A model generated the notes under the pieces. That model saw only the letters and a program-made list of their open reading frames with translations. It was not told where the DNA came from and searched no databases. From NCBI RefSeq assembly GCF_028368995.1, contig NZ_JAQNDL010000003.1:1920001-1984000 (forward strand): a stretch of DNA of 64,000 nt, read 5' to 3'. Position numbers and translations under genes: made by a program. The DNA is from Nannocystis bainbridge (GTDB taxonomy: Bacteria > Myxococcota_A > Polyangia > Nannocystales > Nannocystaceae). Shown here piece by piece: positions 9,310 through 18,761 of the stretch; the stretch's first letter is position 1, and each line of letters opens with the position of its first letter.

Positions 9310-9501
9310 ATGCCGACGGCGCTCATGACCGTCGAGGAGCTCGCTCTACTGCTCAACACGAGCAAAGGGGCTGTCTATGCCCGGCTCTCGCGTGCAGGGA
9401 TCCCCGGTGCCGTACGGCTCGGCCGGACCCTTCGCTTTGACCCCCGGATCATTGCACAATGGCTCTCGGCGAAAAGTGCGAGCGCGGGAGGTCACTTATG
9501 A
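9310..9501 (+). CDS. Excisionase / HTH_17 DNA-binding protein
   Basis: LMTVEELALLLNTSKGAVY...GAVRLGRTLRF; ATGA overlap with the integrase. Confidence 0.85.
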   Translation: MPTALMTVEELALLLNTSKGAVYARLSRAGIPGAVRLGRTLRFDPRIIAQWLSAKSASAGGHL

Positions 9502-10583
9502 TCACGCTGCGCCCGTGGAAGGGATCGAAGAATGAATTTGAAGTTGACGTTCGCGTCGAGAACGCAGTGGGGCGCAAGCTCCGCCAACGAGTCAAGGCAC
9601 CGGTCACCGGCAGGTCCGCTGCCGAGCGGTGGGCCAAGGCGCTCGAGCAGGAGCTCCTCGCTCAACTCCTCGCGCCCGAGCCCGAGCCCGAGAAGCCCCC
9701 GCCACCGACGTTCGAGGAGTTCGCCAAGACCTTCCTCGACCTGTGCCTGGCCGACCGGCTCGGGACCAACACATTGATCAACTACGACGTCCATCTGCGC
9801 CTGTACCTGCTCCCGGTGCTGGCTCGGCGGCGGCTCGACGAGGTGACGCCCAAGGACATCACCGCGATCAAGAAGTCGCTCGTCAGCAAGTCGCACAACA
9901 CGATGTGCGAGGTGCTCAAAACCCTCCGTCGGGTGTTCAACCGGGCCATCGCCGAGAACGAGATCAAGAGCGCGCCGGTGGACTTCGAGATTCCCCGTCG
10001 GAAGCGCAAGCCCGCGATCGCCTACGACGACCAGGAGCAGGTGGCGCTGCTCGCCGCGGCCCAAGCGATGGGGCCGATGTTCGTCGTCGCCGTCCTGCTC
10101 GGCCTCGACGGCGGTCTCCGGCGCGGAGAGATTCTCGCGCTCAAGTGGACGGACGTCGATCTCAAGCGAGGGCTGATGACGATCCGCCACAACCTCGTGC
10201 GGGACAAGGTCGACCTCCCCAAGGGCAGGACCGAGGACGAGGTCGGCCTGACGACGCGCCTCGCCGCCACGCTGCGCGGCTTTTCGGCGACCGGCCCGTT
10301 CGTGCTCGACAACCACGGGAGTCACTTCCAGGAGCATCACATCAAGTCCTGGATGCGGGCGCTGGTGAAGCGCGCGGGCTTGCCCTGGCGCGGCACCCAC
10401 GTCCTCCGCAAGTCGTGCGGCACGCGGATCGCCGAGGGCGGTGGCGGGGTGGCGGCTGTCGCCAGCCACCTCCGCCACAAGGATCTGCAGACCGCGAGCG
10501 ACTACGTCGATCGTCGCCGCGGCAGCGCTGGCGCGATCCACGCCTTGGAGACGTCGGGGAGACGCACTTCCGAGCACTCGTAA
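9498..10583 (+). CDS. Tyrosine recombinase (phage integrase family)
   Basis: Catalytic residues R (GLRRGE), K (LPKGR), HxxR (HVLRK), H (LRHKD), Y (SDYV). Confidence 0.95.
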   Translation: MITLRPWKGSKNEFEVDVRVENAVGRKLRQRVKAPVTGRSAAERWAKALEQELLAQLLAPEPEPEKPPPPTFEEFAKTFLDLCLADRLGTNTLINYDVHLRLYLLPVLARRRLDEVTPKDITAIKKSLVSKSHNTMCEVLKTLRRVFNRAIAENEIKSAPVDFEIPRRKRKPAIAYDDQEQVALLAAAQAMGPMFVVAVLLGLDGGLRRGEILALKWTDVDLKRGLMTIRHNLVRDKVDLPKGRTEDEVGLTTRLAATLRGFSATGPFVLDNHGSHFQEHHIKSWMRALVKRAGLPWRGTHVLRKSCGTRIAEGGGGVAAVASHLRHKDLQTASDYVDRRRGSAGAIHALETSGRRTSEHS

Positions 10584-10593
10584 GTGCTCGGAA
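10568..10593. repeat. Perfect 11-bp inverted repeat at the integrase stop (terminator or att-arm candidate)
   Basis: TTCCGAGCACT-cgta-AGTGCTCGGAA followed by AT-rich sequence. Confidence 0.6.
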
Positions 10594-10617
10594 TATTAAG
10601 ATGAATTTGGCTTTTAT

Positions 10618-11985
10618 CTACTGCTCGAAGCAATACAGCCGCTGCTGCGTGGAGCAGTTCGACGCGAAGAACACCGAGCGAGCGCTCCAGTTGAAGTCGA
10701 TCGCGTTGTTGCGGCCTTCGTAGCCGATCACCCCGATCCCGCCGCCCGCGGTCCAGCCGCTGCAGTCTTCGACGAGCGAAGTGCCGTTCTCCGAGGTGCC
10801 GGTCCAGATGTCGGCTTGCGGGGACATGTCGCCGAACTCGTTGATGTTGATCGGCACGTCGACGGTGCCGTCGACCAGGTCGGCCCAGGTCTGGGCGACT
10901 TCCTGGCCGTCGAGGCGGGCGTAGCGGGTCGTCGACTTGACGAAGCGGCTGGCCGGGTTGCTGGTGTTGTTGCTGATCCACGCGTCCCAGGTGCCGCCGA
11001 GGCCGGCCGCGGTGGCGCGGGCCTGGCACTTGGCCTTGGCGCCGGCGATGCCGCCGAGGTTGCCGTTCCAGCTGAGGCTCGTGTTGAACACGCGCTTCGG
11101 CTTGGTGCAGTTGGCGTTGCAGAGGTCGCCGTTGGCGACGTTGCCGTCGTCGCACTGCTCGGCGGGGGCGGTGGTCTTGAGCACGCCGTCGCCGCAGACT
11201 GCGGTCTTGCAGGTGTTGAGGCAGGCGTCGCTGTTGGTGCCGTTGCCGTCGTCGCACTGCTCGGTGCCCTGCTTGAAGCCGTCGCCGCACTTGGGCAGGA
11301 GGCAGGCGAGGGTGCAGGCGCCGGTGTTGCTGTTGTTGGCCCCGAGGTCGCACTGCTCGTTGGCCTGCTTGATGCCGTCGCCGCAGCTGGCGAGCTTGCA
11401 GGCGTTGGTGCAGGTGTCGTTGTTGACGGCGTTGCCGTCGTCGCAGGCCTCACCGGGGCCGACGAAGCCGTCGCCGCAGGTCTGCTTGGTGCAGTTGGCC
11501 TTGCACGCCTTGGTGTTGCCGTTGTTGGCCCCGTCGTCGCACTGCTCGACGCCGGTGCGGATGAGGCCGTCGCCGCACACGGCGTTCTTGCACACGAGGG
11601 TGCAGGCGCCGGTGTTGCTGTTGCTGTTGCCGAGGTCGCACTGCTCGCCCTTGCTGACCTGCTTGAAGGCGTCGCCGCAGAACGGGAGCAGGCACAGGTC
11701 GGTGCAGCCGTCGTCCTGGTTGCCGTTCTTGCCGTCGTCGCACTGCTCGGCGCCGTCCTCGATGCTGTTGCCGCAGACCTCGAGCACGCAGGTGGCGCTG
11801 CAGCCGTCGTCGCTGACGTTGTTGCCGTCGTCGCACTGCTCGCCGGGGCCGGTGTCGCCGTCGCCGCAGACGTTGGTCTCGCAGTTGGCGTTGCACGCCT
11901 TGCCGGGGCCGTTGCCGTCGCCGAGGTCGCACTGCTCGGGGCTCATGCCGAGGGTGTTGACGAGGCCGTCGCCGCACACGTTGCC
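10618..11985 (-). pseudogene. Myxococcus Cys-rich repeat (DUF4215-like) protein with C-terminal DUF1554-like domain; 5' end missing
   Basis: Many CGDG...EQCDDGN repeats; C-terminal NGNLGGIAGAKAKCQ domain; no signal peptide, and the frame runs directly into the nucleotidyltransferase gene. Confidence 0.8.
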
Positions 11986-12262
11986 GCCCGCAGTCGGTGT
12001 CGAGGTACAGGTTGCGATAGCGGGCCAGTTGCTCCGGCGTCGCGTCGAGCTCGCCGAGGTCGGGGCGGGCTGCGTTGCGCGGGTGCAACGGGCGCAGCGC
12101 CGCCAGCAGGCGCGCCATGTTGTCGACGGTGAACACGGCCGCCACGTCGAGGTCGTCGGTGTTGCGCGCCGAGCCGTGGACCGCGGCCGCCACTCCGCCC
12201 ACGATCACGAACTCGAAGCTGGCCGCCAGCAGGCGCTGCAGCAGCTCAGGCGTGTCTTGCAC
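11983..12262 (-). pseudogene. Nucleotidyltransferase (AbiEii/MenT-like toxin), truncated after about 93 aa
   Basis: FVIVGGVAAAVHGSARNTDDLD motif; family-like sequence stops at LDTDCGR, where CGDG-repeat DNA begins. Confidence 0.75.
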
Positions 12263-12458
12263 GGCTCAGTCCTGCGCGCAGCAGCGCGATCGCTTGCTGC
12301 GTGCGGTGCTTTTGCAAGATCCGCTGCTCGGGCGTCAGCGCCAGGTTGCGCTCCAGCGCTGCCACGTCGATCCCCAGCTCGATCGCCTCGTCCCAGTCTG
12401 GCCCGTAGCTGGGCCAGTGCGCGCGGAAGACCGGGCGGAGGTCGATTGGGGCGTCCAC
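12246..12458 (-). CDS. Small antitoxin-like partner of the nucleotidyltransferase
   Basis: GIDVAALERNLALTPEQRI motif; overlaps the NTase start. Confidence 0.7.
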   Translation of the reverse strand: MDAPIDLRPVFRAHWPSYGPDWDEAIELGIDVAALERNLALTPEQRILQKHRTQQAIALLRAGLSRARHA

Positions 12459-12481
12459 GGGGCGCCAGCGTAACACGGCGC

Positions 12482-13084
12482 TCAGGGCGCCAGGCGGGTC
12501 AAGCTCCAGCCCGAGGCTGCCGGGCGGTAGACGAAGCGCTCGTGCAGGCGACCGTCGTGGCCGACCCAGAACTCCCACGACTCGGGCGCCACCGCGTAGC
12601 CGCCCCAGTTGGCGGGGCGCGGCACGGGGGCCTCGCCGAGCTCGTGGGCCAGGTGTGACACCTGGTCGAGCAGCGTCTGGAAATCGTCGATCGGCCGGCT
12701 CTGCGGCGACACCACCGCGCCGAGCTGGCTCAGGCGCGGGCGGGACGCGAAGTACGCGTCGGACTCGGCGGCCGGCAGGCGGGTGACCTTGCCCTCGACG
12801 CGGACCTGCACGTACAGCGACGGCCACCAGAACAGCAGCGACGCGTGCGGGTTGCGGTCGAGCTCGCCGGCCTTGCGGCTGTCGTAGTTGGTGAAGAAGC
12901 GCAGGCGCCCGGCCGGGTCGAAGCCCTTCAGCAGGACCATGCGCGCCGACGGCCGGCCGTCCTCGTCGGCGGTCGCCAGCGTCATCGCCTCGGGCATCGC
13001 CATGCCGCTCTTGGCCGCCGCGGCGAACCACTCCTGAAACAGGTCGAGGGGCTGGAGCTCGGGCTCGGGCTTGCGCACGGACAT
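12482..13084 (-). CDS. pdxH: Pyridoxamine 5'-phosphate oxidase
   Basis: AMTLAT...PSARMVLLKG, FFTNYDSRK, YFASRP, WEFWVG...RLHER. Confidence 0.97.
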   Translation of the reverse strand: MSVRKPEPELQPLDLFQEWFAAAAKSGMAMPEAMTLATADEDGRPSARMVLLKGFDPAGRLRFFTNYDSRKAGELDRNPHASLLFWWPSLYVQVRVEGKVTRLPAAESDAYFASRPRLSQLGAVVSPQSRPIDDFQTLLDQVSHLAHELGEAPVPRPANWGGYAVAPESWEFWVGHDGRLHERFVYRPAASGWSLTRLAP

Positions 13085-13132
13085 CGCGCCAGGTGTAGCG
13101 CGGATCGCCGGCCCCGGCCCGCACCGGCGGGT

Positions 13133-13382
13133 GAGTCAGCGCTCGTTCATGCCCGCGCATGTCCCTTCGGACATGGCCCATCGACCCTGTCCGGACCCGG
13201 GCAGGTCAGCGCCCGCCGGAAGCACCTGCCCCTTCGGACATGCCATCTATCCTGCCCCGCCGGGTCAGCGCCCGCCTGAAGCACCTGGCCCTTCGGACAT
13301 GCCTCTCCCCTACCCCGCCGGGTCAGCGCCGGTCATGCCGTCTTGCTCTTCGGACATGTCCCATCCACCATGTCCCGAAGAC
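13133..13382. repeat. Four tandem 58-70 bp units (GTCAGCGC...CTTCGGACATG) containing the CATG repeat
   Basis: Units begin near 13133, 13204, 13263 and 13321; the last overlaps the protease stop codon. Confidence 0.85.
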
Positions 13383-14651
13383 CAGCCATGCCAGGCCCCC
13401 GCGCTCTCCGCCGCTGCGGCAGCCGCAGCCCTCGTCCCCGCCCGACTCGCCCCCGCTCGAGGCGCTGTCGGCCCCGACCTCGATGACCACCGGCTCGGAG
13501 CGGGCGACGTGGCCGACCGCGTCCTCGGCGATCGCCACCAGCGTGTGGCTGCCGGCCGGGAACTCGGCGGCGCCGAAGCGCCACGGCGGCTCGGCGTCGC
13601 TGGCCTGCAGTTTGCCGTCGATCTCGAGCGCGACCTCGGCGACGCCCCAGCCGACGTCCGCGGCCTCGGCGACGATCTCGACGACCATCGGCTGCGGCCC
13701 CGCCGTCGGGCTCGTGATCACCACCGTCGGCGGGGTGTCGTCGGCGCTGGCGTCGAACGCCGGGCCGCAGCTGGTGCCCGCGGGCCCGGCCGGGGCGGCG
13801 GCGCAGAGATCGGTCCACGCGCCGGCGCCGGCGCTGTCGGCCGGGGCGAACCCGCTGCAGCGGAAATCGGGCTGCCAGGCGCCGTCGCCGGCGTGGCACG
13901 GAGTGAGGTCGAGCTCGGCCTCGGCCTCGAGCCAGTCGATCGCGGCGCTCGCGTACGCGTAGTGGCCGATCCCGCCGCAGCCGGCGGCGTGCACCGAGGC
14001 GACGCCGAACACCCGCCAGGTGTCGTCGGCGGCGCGCAGCAGCGCGGGCCCGCCGGAGTCGCCGGCGCACGGGCCCGCCTCGGTGAGCCCGCCGACCTCG
14101 AAGTAATCGGCGAGCACCAGCCGCACCGGCGCCGCGGCCCAGCGCTTGGGCCCGTCGCCGCTGCCGGACTCGGCCTCGCCGAAGCCGACGATGGTCGCCT
14201 CGGCCTTGGGCTCCAGCAGCGCCGCCTCGCAGCCGAACGCGATCGGCAACACCGGCACCGGCGCGGGCTCGGCGAGGCGGCAGAAGGCGAAATCGACGGC
14301 CTCGTCGCCGATGCCTCCGTAATCGGGGTGGACGCGGCAGAGTTCGGGCTCGACCGTGTGCGCGGGCGCCTGGGCCGACTCGCCGAAGCCGACCTTCATG
14401 CCAGTGGCGCCGCAGTGGGCGGCGTAAAGCACCAGGCGCGGATGCACGAGCGCGCCGGTGCAGCGGGTGCTGCCGTCGCCCAGCGAGACCACCCCCGGGA
14501 AGGCGCAGATCTCGGCCTCGGCGCCGCCGAAGATCGGGCTCGGCGGCGTCGGCAGGGCTGTCCGCGCGCCTGCCGCTCGCGCCTCGCCGACCAGCAGCAC
14601 GACCACGCTCGCCGCCGCCGAACCCACCCGGACCTGCCACCGCCGCTGCAT
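13323..14651 (-). CDS. Trypsin-like serine protease with Ig-like domain and MYXO-CTERM tail
   Basis: IFGG, YAAHC, DFA, GDSGGP catalytic motifs; GCGC plus TM plus basic tail. Confidence 0.92.
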   Translation of the reverse strand: MQRRWQVRVGSAAASVVVLLVGEARAAGARTALPTPPSPIFGGAEAEICAFPGVVSLGDGSTRCTGALVHPRLVLYAAHCGATGMKVGFGESAQAPAHTVEPELCRVHPDYGGIGDEAVDFAFCRLAEPAPVPVLPIAFGCEAALLEPKAEATIVGFGEAESGSGDGPKRWAAAPVRLVLADYFEVGGLTEAGPCAGDSGGPALLRAADDTWRVFGVASVHAAGCGGIGHYAYASAAIDWLEAEAELDLTPCHAGDGAWQPDFRCSGFAPADSAGAGAWTDLCAAAPAGPAGTSCGPAFDASADDTPPTVVITSPTAGPQPMVVEIVAEAADVGWGVAEVALEIDGKLQASDAEPPWRFGAAEFPAGSHTLVAIAEDAVGHVARSEPVVIEVGADSASSGGESGGDEGCGCRSGGERGGLAWLVFGTWWMGHVRRARRHDRR

Positions 14652-14766
14652 CGGCGCGAGGATGACACAGGGGCTCCGGGCCGCGCGACAATTGCTGCCG
14701 CTGCGCAGCGAGCGAGCGTATCATCGCGCCGCCGGCCGCAGCCGGACGACCCCCCGACGCTCGGAG

Positions 14767-16347
14767 ATGTCGATGCCTCTCAGCCTCTCGTGGCTCATCC
14801 TGACCCTCGCGACCGCCCCGGCCGCCGAGCCCGCCGCCACGCCCCCGACCTCCGAACCCGCGCCCGCACCGGCGCCAGCGGCCGCCACCGCCGACGCCGA
14901 AGCACGCGCCGAGCAGGCCGCCGTGCTGTACGGCCAGAAGAAGTACCTCGAGGCCGCGCAGATCTTCGAGGACCTGTGGGCCTCGGTGCACGAGCCGCGC
15001 GACCTGTTCAACGCCGGCCTCGCGCGCCTCGCCCTCGGCCACCGCGCTCACGCGATCCGCTACTGGGAGATCTATCTCCAGCAGACCGGGATCCCCGCAG
15101 ACGGGCGCGAGCAGGCCCAGAGCCGCAGCAAGAAGGCCCAGGCCGCCGCCACCGGCGTGATCGTCAAGATCGCCCCGTCGGCCGTGGCCGAGTTCGGCGC
15201 CACGCTGACGCTGACCCGCGTCGACGACGACAAGGACCAGCGCCCGCCGCTGGTCTACGAGCTGCCGCCGCGGGCCCCCGAGTTCACCGCCGGCGGCAAG
15301 ACGATCCACGTCGACCCCGGCAAGTGGGAGCTGAAGATCAGCGCGCCGACCTACGGGACCTCGACGCGCGACCTGACCATCAAGCCAGGTGCGCCGGGCT
15401 TCGTGCTCGACGTGGCGCTGGCCAGCGATCCGGCGTTCCGGGCCGCGAGCTTCCAGATCGGGCCGGGCGAGGCGGTCGCGGCCGGGGCGACGGTGTCGCT
15501 GCAGCGGCTGGCGCTGGGCGCCGTGCCGGTGCCGTGCCCGCTCGACGGTCGCGGCAATTGTGCGGTCCGCATCGAGCCGGGCGACTGGGAGGTCACGGTG
15601 CAGGCGCCCGGCTACCAGCGCCACGTCGAGAAGATCAGCCTCGGCGCCCAGCCGACCGCGACCTTCGCCGTCGCCCTCGCGCCGTCGCTGACGCCCGCGC
15701 CCGCGCCGACGCCCGCGCCCGCGCAGGCCGGCGCGACGCCGACGCCGGCCCCGGCCGAGGCCACCCCCGCGCCGCCGCCGGTGCCCGAGCGCGTGCCAAA
15801 GAAGACCCGCGTGCGGGTCTCGACCGGGCTCATCGTCTCGGGCGTGCCGGTGTTCATCACCGGCCTCGCGCTCGCGGTCCACGGCAGCAACGTCTACGAC
15901 GAGAAGAAGCTGGCGAAGGTGGCCAACGGCGACATGCTGCCGGCGATCCGCCTGCGCTCGGCGGGCTCGGGGCTGATGGGCGTGGCCGTCGGCCTGTGGG
16001 CCACCGGCCTGACCGCGGAGTACGACGTGAAGCCGTGGGTGTGGTGGACCGAGATCGGCGTCGGCGCGGCCGCGCTGCTGACCGGCGGCGTGTGGGCCGG
16101 CGTCAGCACCGGGCGCTGGAACGCCAACGCCACCGACTCGCTGGTCTGCACCAACAACGAGGGCCTCGACTGCTTCACCGCCCATCGCCTGGCCAGCGGC
16201 TTCTTCCTCGGCCTCGGCGCGGGCGCCATCGCCGGGGCGACCACCGGCCTGCTGGTGCAGCGCTTCCACCTCAAGAAGCGCCGCGTCAGCTTCGCGCCGA
16301 CGCTCGGCGGCGGCCAGGCCGGCTTCCTCGTCCACGGACGGTTTTGA
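14767..16347 (+). CDS. Secreted TPR/PEGA-like myxobacterial protein
   Basis: Signal peptide, TPR-like helices, beta-sandwich repeats, Pro-rich linker, C-terminal hydrophobic segments ending in F. Confidence 0.75.
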   Translation: MSMPLSLSWLILTLATAPAAEPAATPPTSEPAPAPAPAAATADAEARAEQAAVLYGQKKYLEAAQIFEDLWASVHEPRDLFNAGLARLALGHRAHAIRYWEIYLQQTGIPADGREQAQSRSKKAQAAATGVIVKIAPSAVAEFGATLTLTRVDDDKDQRPPLVYELPPRAPEFTAGGKTIHVDPGKWELKISAPTYGTSTRDLTIKPGAPGFVLDVALASDPAFRAASFQIGPGEAVAAGATVSLQRLALGAVPVPCPLDGRGNCAVRIEPGDWEVTVQAPGYQRHVEKISLGAQPTATFAVALAPSLTPAPAPTPAPAQAGATPTPAPAEATPAPPPVPERVPKKTRVRVSTGLIVSGVPVFITGLALAVHGSNVYDEKKLAKVANGDMLPAIRLRSAGSGLMGVAVGLWATGLTAEYDVKPWVWWTEIGVGAAALLTGGVWAGVSTGRWNANATDSLVCTNNEGLDCFTAHRLASGFFLGLGAGAIAGATTGLLVQRFHLKKRRVSFAPTLGGGQAGFLVHGRF

Positions 16348-16430
16348 GCGCCCCCGGCGTGTGAGTCTAGGCGGCGCGCGCGGGCAGCCGTGCGCGCCGC
16401 GGCCCTGTCACGCTCGGTTAGCATGACAAA

Positions 16431-17732
16431 ATGCTGACCCTCGCCCGCCCCCTGCTCGCCGCACCGCTCTGTGTCTGCACGCTCCTGACCGCCTGCGGCG
16501 ACGACGGCGGCGGTGTCCAGTCTGCCAGCGACACCGCGGCCACCAGCGAGGACACGACCGGCGACGACAGCACCACCGGCGGCCCCGGCACCACCGACGA
16601 TCCGACCTCGACCAGCGTCGGCCCGACCACCGGCGATCCGGTCACCGGCGATCCGGTCACCACGACGACCGGCGATCCGACCACCGGCGATCCGACCACC
16701 GACGGCACCACTGGCGACCCGCCGCCGCCCTCGCCGTGGGACGGCGAGCCGCTGCCCGAGGCCCCGCCCGGCGAGTGGACGTGGGTCGATTTCCCCGACG
16801 CGCTGTGTCGCGACGGCAGCAGCACCGGCATCGGCGTGCGCTACGGCAACGGCGACGGCCTCGTCGTCTACTTCCAGGGCGGCGGCGCCTGCTTCAACGC
16901 CCTCACCTGCGCCCAGAACCCGTCCAGCTTCGACGGCGGCGACTTCGACGGCTTCAACAGCGGCATCTTCGAGCCCGGCCCGCAGAACCCGGTCGGCGAC
17001 TGGACCCACGTGTTCGTCCCGTACTGCACCGGCGACGTGCACGCCGGCAACCGCCCCGACCAGATGTCGGAGGCCGGCATCCAGCAGTTCGTCGGCTTCC
17101 GCAACGTCGCCGCCTACCTCGAGCGCGTCGTCCCCACCTTCCCCGGCGTCGGCCACGTGCTCGTCACCGGCGAGAGCGCCGGCGGCTTCGGGGCCGCCTT
17201 CAACTACGACCGGATCGCCGACGCCTTCCCCGACGCGCGCGTCACCCTGCTCGACGACTCCGGCCCGCCGCTCGGCTTCGAGGTCGCGCCGCTGTGCCTG
17301 CAGCAGAAATGGAGCGACCTGTGGGGCTTCGACGACACGATCCCCGCCGGCTGCGAGGATTGCTTCCCCAGCCAGGGCGGCGGCATCGTCAACATCGGCC
17401 GCCACATCGGCCAAAAACACGCCGACCAGCGCCTCGCCCTCATCTCGTCGACCGGCGACTCGGTGATCCGCTTCTTCTTCGGCTTCGGCGGCAACGACTG
17501 CAGCGCCCTGCTGCCCAACACCCCCCAGGCTGCCTTCGAGGCCGCCCTGCTCGACGCCCGCGACAACTATTACAATGAGCCCGACGACGTGTGGGGCACC
17601 TTCTTCGTCGACAACAGCGAGCAGCACACCTTCCTCAGCAGCAGCCTCTACACGGCCAAGGTCGGCGACACCAAGCTGGTCGACTGGGTCTCCCAGCTGA
17701 TCGCCGGCCAGGTCTCGCACGTCGGGCCGTGA
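16431..17732 (+). CDS. Pectinacetylesterase-family lipoprotein
   Basis: LLTAC lipobox; FQGGGAC, YCTGDVHAG, TGESAGG. Confidence 0.9.
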   Translation: MLTLARPLLAAPLCVCTLLTACGDDGGGVQSASDTAATSEDTTGDDSTTGGPGTTDDPTSTSVGPTTGDPVTGDPVTTTTGDPTTGDPTTDGTTGDPPPPSPWDGEPLPEAPPGEWTWVDFPDALCRDGSSTGIGVRYGNGDGLVVYFQGGGACFNALTCAQNPSSFDGGDFDGFNSGIFEPGPQNPVGDWTHVFVPYCTGDVHAGNRPDQMSEAGIQQFVGFRNVAAYLERVVPTFPGVGHVLVTGESAGGFGAAFNYDRIADAFPDARVTLLDDSGPPLGFEVAPLCLQQKWSDLWGFDDTIPAGCEDCFPSQGGGIVNIGRHIGQKHADQRLALISSTGDSVIRFFFGFGGNDCSALLPNTPQAAFEAALLDARDNYYNEPDDVWGTFFVDNSEQHTFLSSSLYTAKVGDTKLVDWVSQLIAGQVSHVGP

Positions 17733-17747
17733 ATCATTTTTAATGAG

Positions 17748-17824
17748 GGGACATGCTCGAAAGAGCATGTCCCATGGGGCATGGCTATCGCGCCATGCCC
17801 CTTCGAACATGTCCTTTGAACATT
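17748..17824. repeat. 14-bp-phased CATG array
   Basis: CATG at 17752, 17766, 17780, 17794, 17808, between convergent genes. Confidence 0.9.
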
Positions 17825-17898
17825 AGAGCCAGATCGCCCGGCACACGGCGCACGTCTGTCGCTCGCGCCATTCGTCGAGCGCCTCGCTGCGCCGCCGC

Positions 17899-18585
17899 TC
17901 AGCTCGCGGGCCGGCGGCTCACCGCGGCGCCGATCGCCAGCGGCAAGAACCCATTGACGACGTTGAGCGCCAGCATCGCCGAATGCGACAGCAAACCGCG
18001 CCCGACCAGCAGCAGCGAGGCGATCAGGAGCGCGTGCATCACCACCCCGGTGGCGACCACCCACCCGCACTGCGCCGGCCGCAGGACGCCCGCGCGGACC
18101 GACGCGCGCAGGACCCACAGGCTCAGCGGCACGAACAGCACCACGCTCGTCAAAAGACCCGCGCCGTAGGTCCCCTGCGCCAGCGAGCCGGCGATGTGGA
18201 TCAGCCCGTTGACCAGCGGGATGCCCCACGCGCACGCCGCCACCAGCGGCCAGCGCCGGCGCAGCAGCACGGCGGTGACAAAGGCGATCTGGCACCCGCC
18301 GACGTTGACGGCGCACATGGTCGCCTCGTCGGCGGGACAGTGGGCGAGGTCGGGATAGCCGAGCGTGCGGCACAGGTCGACGAGGAAGGCGTATCGCCGG
18401 CCGAGCAGATCGATGCCGTGCTCCTCGAATTGATGCAGCAGGTACATCGGCCACAGCAACGCCAGGAGCCACGCCGGATCGCGCCAGCGCGAGCCCCCGC
18501 GGGCGGGCTGGATGGCCAACCAGACCAGCAACAAGACGGCGAGCCCGAGCCCGATGAAGGGCCAATCGCGGAGAAAACTTTCCAT
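17899..18585 (-). CDS. HXXEE-domain membrane protein
   Basis: LHQFEEH motif and several TM helices. Confidence 0.88.
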   Translation of the reverse strand: MESFLRDWPFIGLGLAVLLLVWLAIQPARGGSRWRDPAWLLALLWPMYLLHQFEEHGIDLLGRRYAFLVDLCRTLGYPDLAHCPADEATMCAVNVGGCQIAFVTAVLLRRRWPLVAACAWGIPLVNGLIHIAGSLAQGTYGAGLLTSVVLFVPLSLWVLRASVRAGVLRPAQCGWVVATGVVMHALLIASLLLVGRGLLSHSAMLALNVVNGFLPLAIGAAVSRRPAS

Positions 18586-18761
18586 TCGTTCTGCCCCTCT
18601 CTTTTAAAAAAATCCCCTCCCCGGGTCCACCTGGACCTGGCCTTTATCGCATGTCGCGTGGTTCGAGATCCGCACGACACCTCGCGCGGGTCCGCGCCGA
18701 GGCGCGAAATTCGTGCCGTGTTCGCCGCGCCTGCCGCGAGACCTGCTACCAAGGTGCTGTG

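Larger units (their letters stand above)
1..10617. mobile_element. Right end of an integrated element (provirus or ICE-like); left end lies outside the window
   Basis: Co-directional, translationally coupled gene run ending in excisionase plus tyrosine integrase. Contains a DarB-like helicase and a lysin, lacks the host 14-bp CATG arrays, and ends in an AT-rich inverted-repeat segment after int. Confidence 0.8.

Noticed and set aside
10583-10617. dif-like or tRNA att site
   Set aside because: No convincing XerD arm (TTATGTTAAAT) and no tRNA 3' end visible.
13133-13382. Possible CRISPR or attC cassette array
   Set aside because: Spacers are homologous to each other, with no constant repeat, no cas genes and no integron integrase.
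13071-16364. Very long alternative-frame ORFs (1097 aa and 1000 aa here; similar ones at 44210-47491, 52280-55543 and 27438-30269)
   Set aside because: Shadow ORFs typical of high-GC DNA: Arg/Ala/Pro-rich, no motifs, and overlapping well-supported genes.
17748-17824. Match of GGACATGTCC to the eukaryotic p53 half-site
   Set aside because: Coincidental; there is no basis for a p53-like factor here. The repeat itself is reported as a finding.
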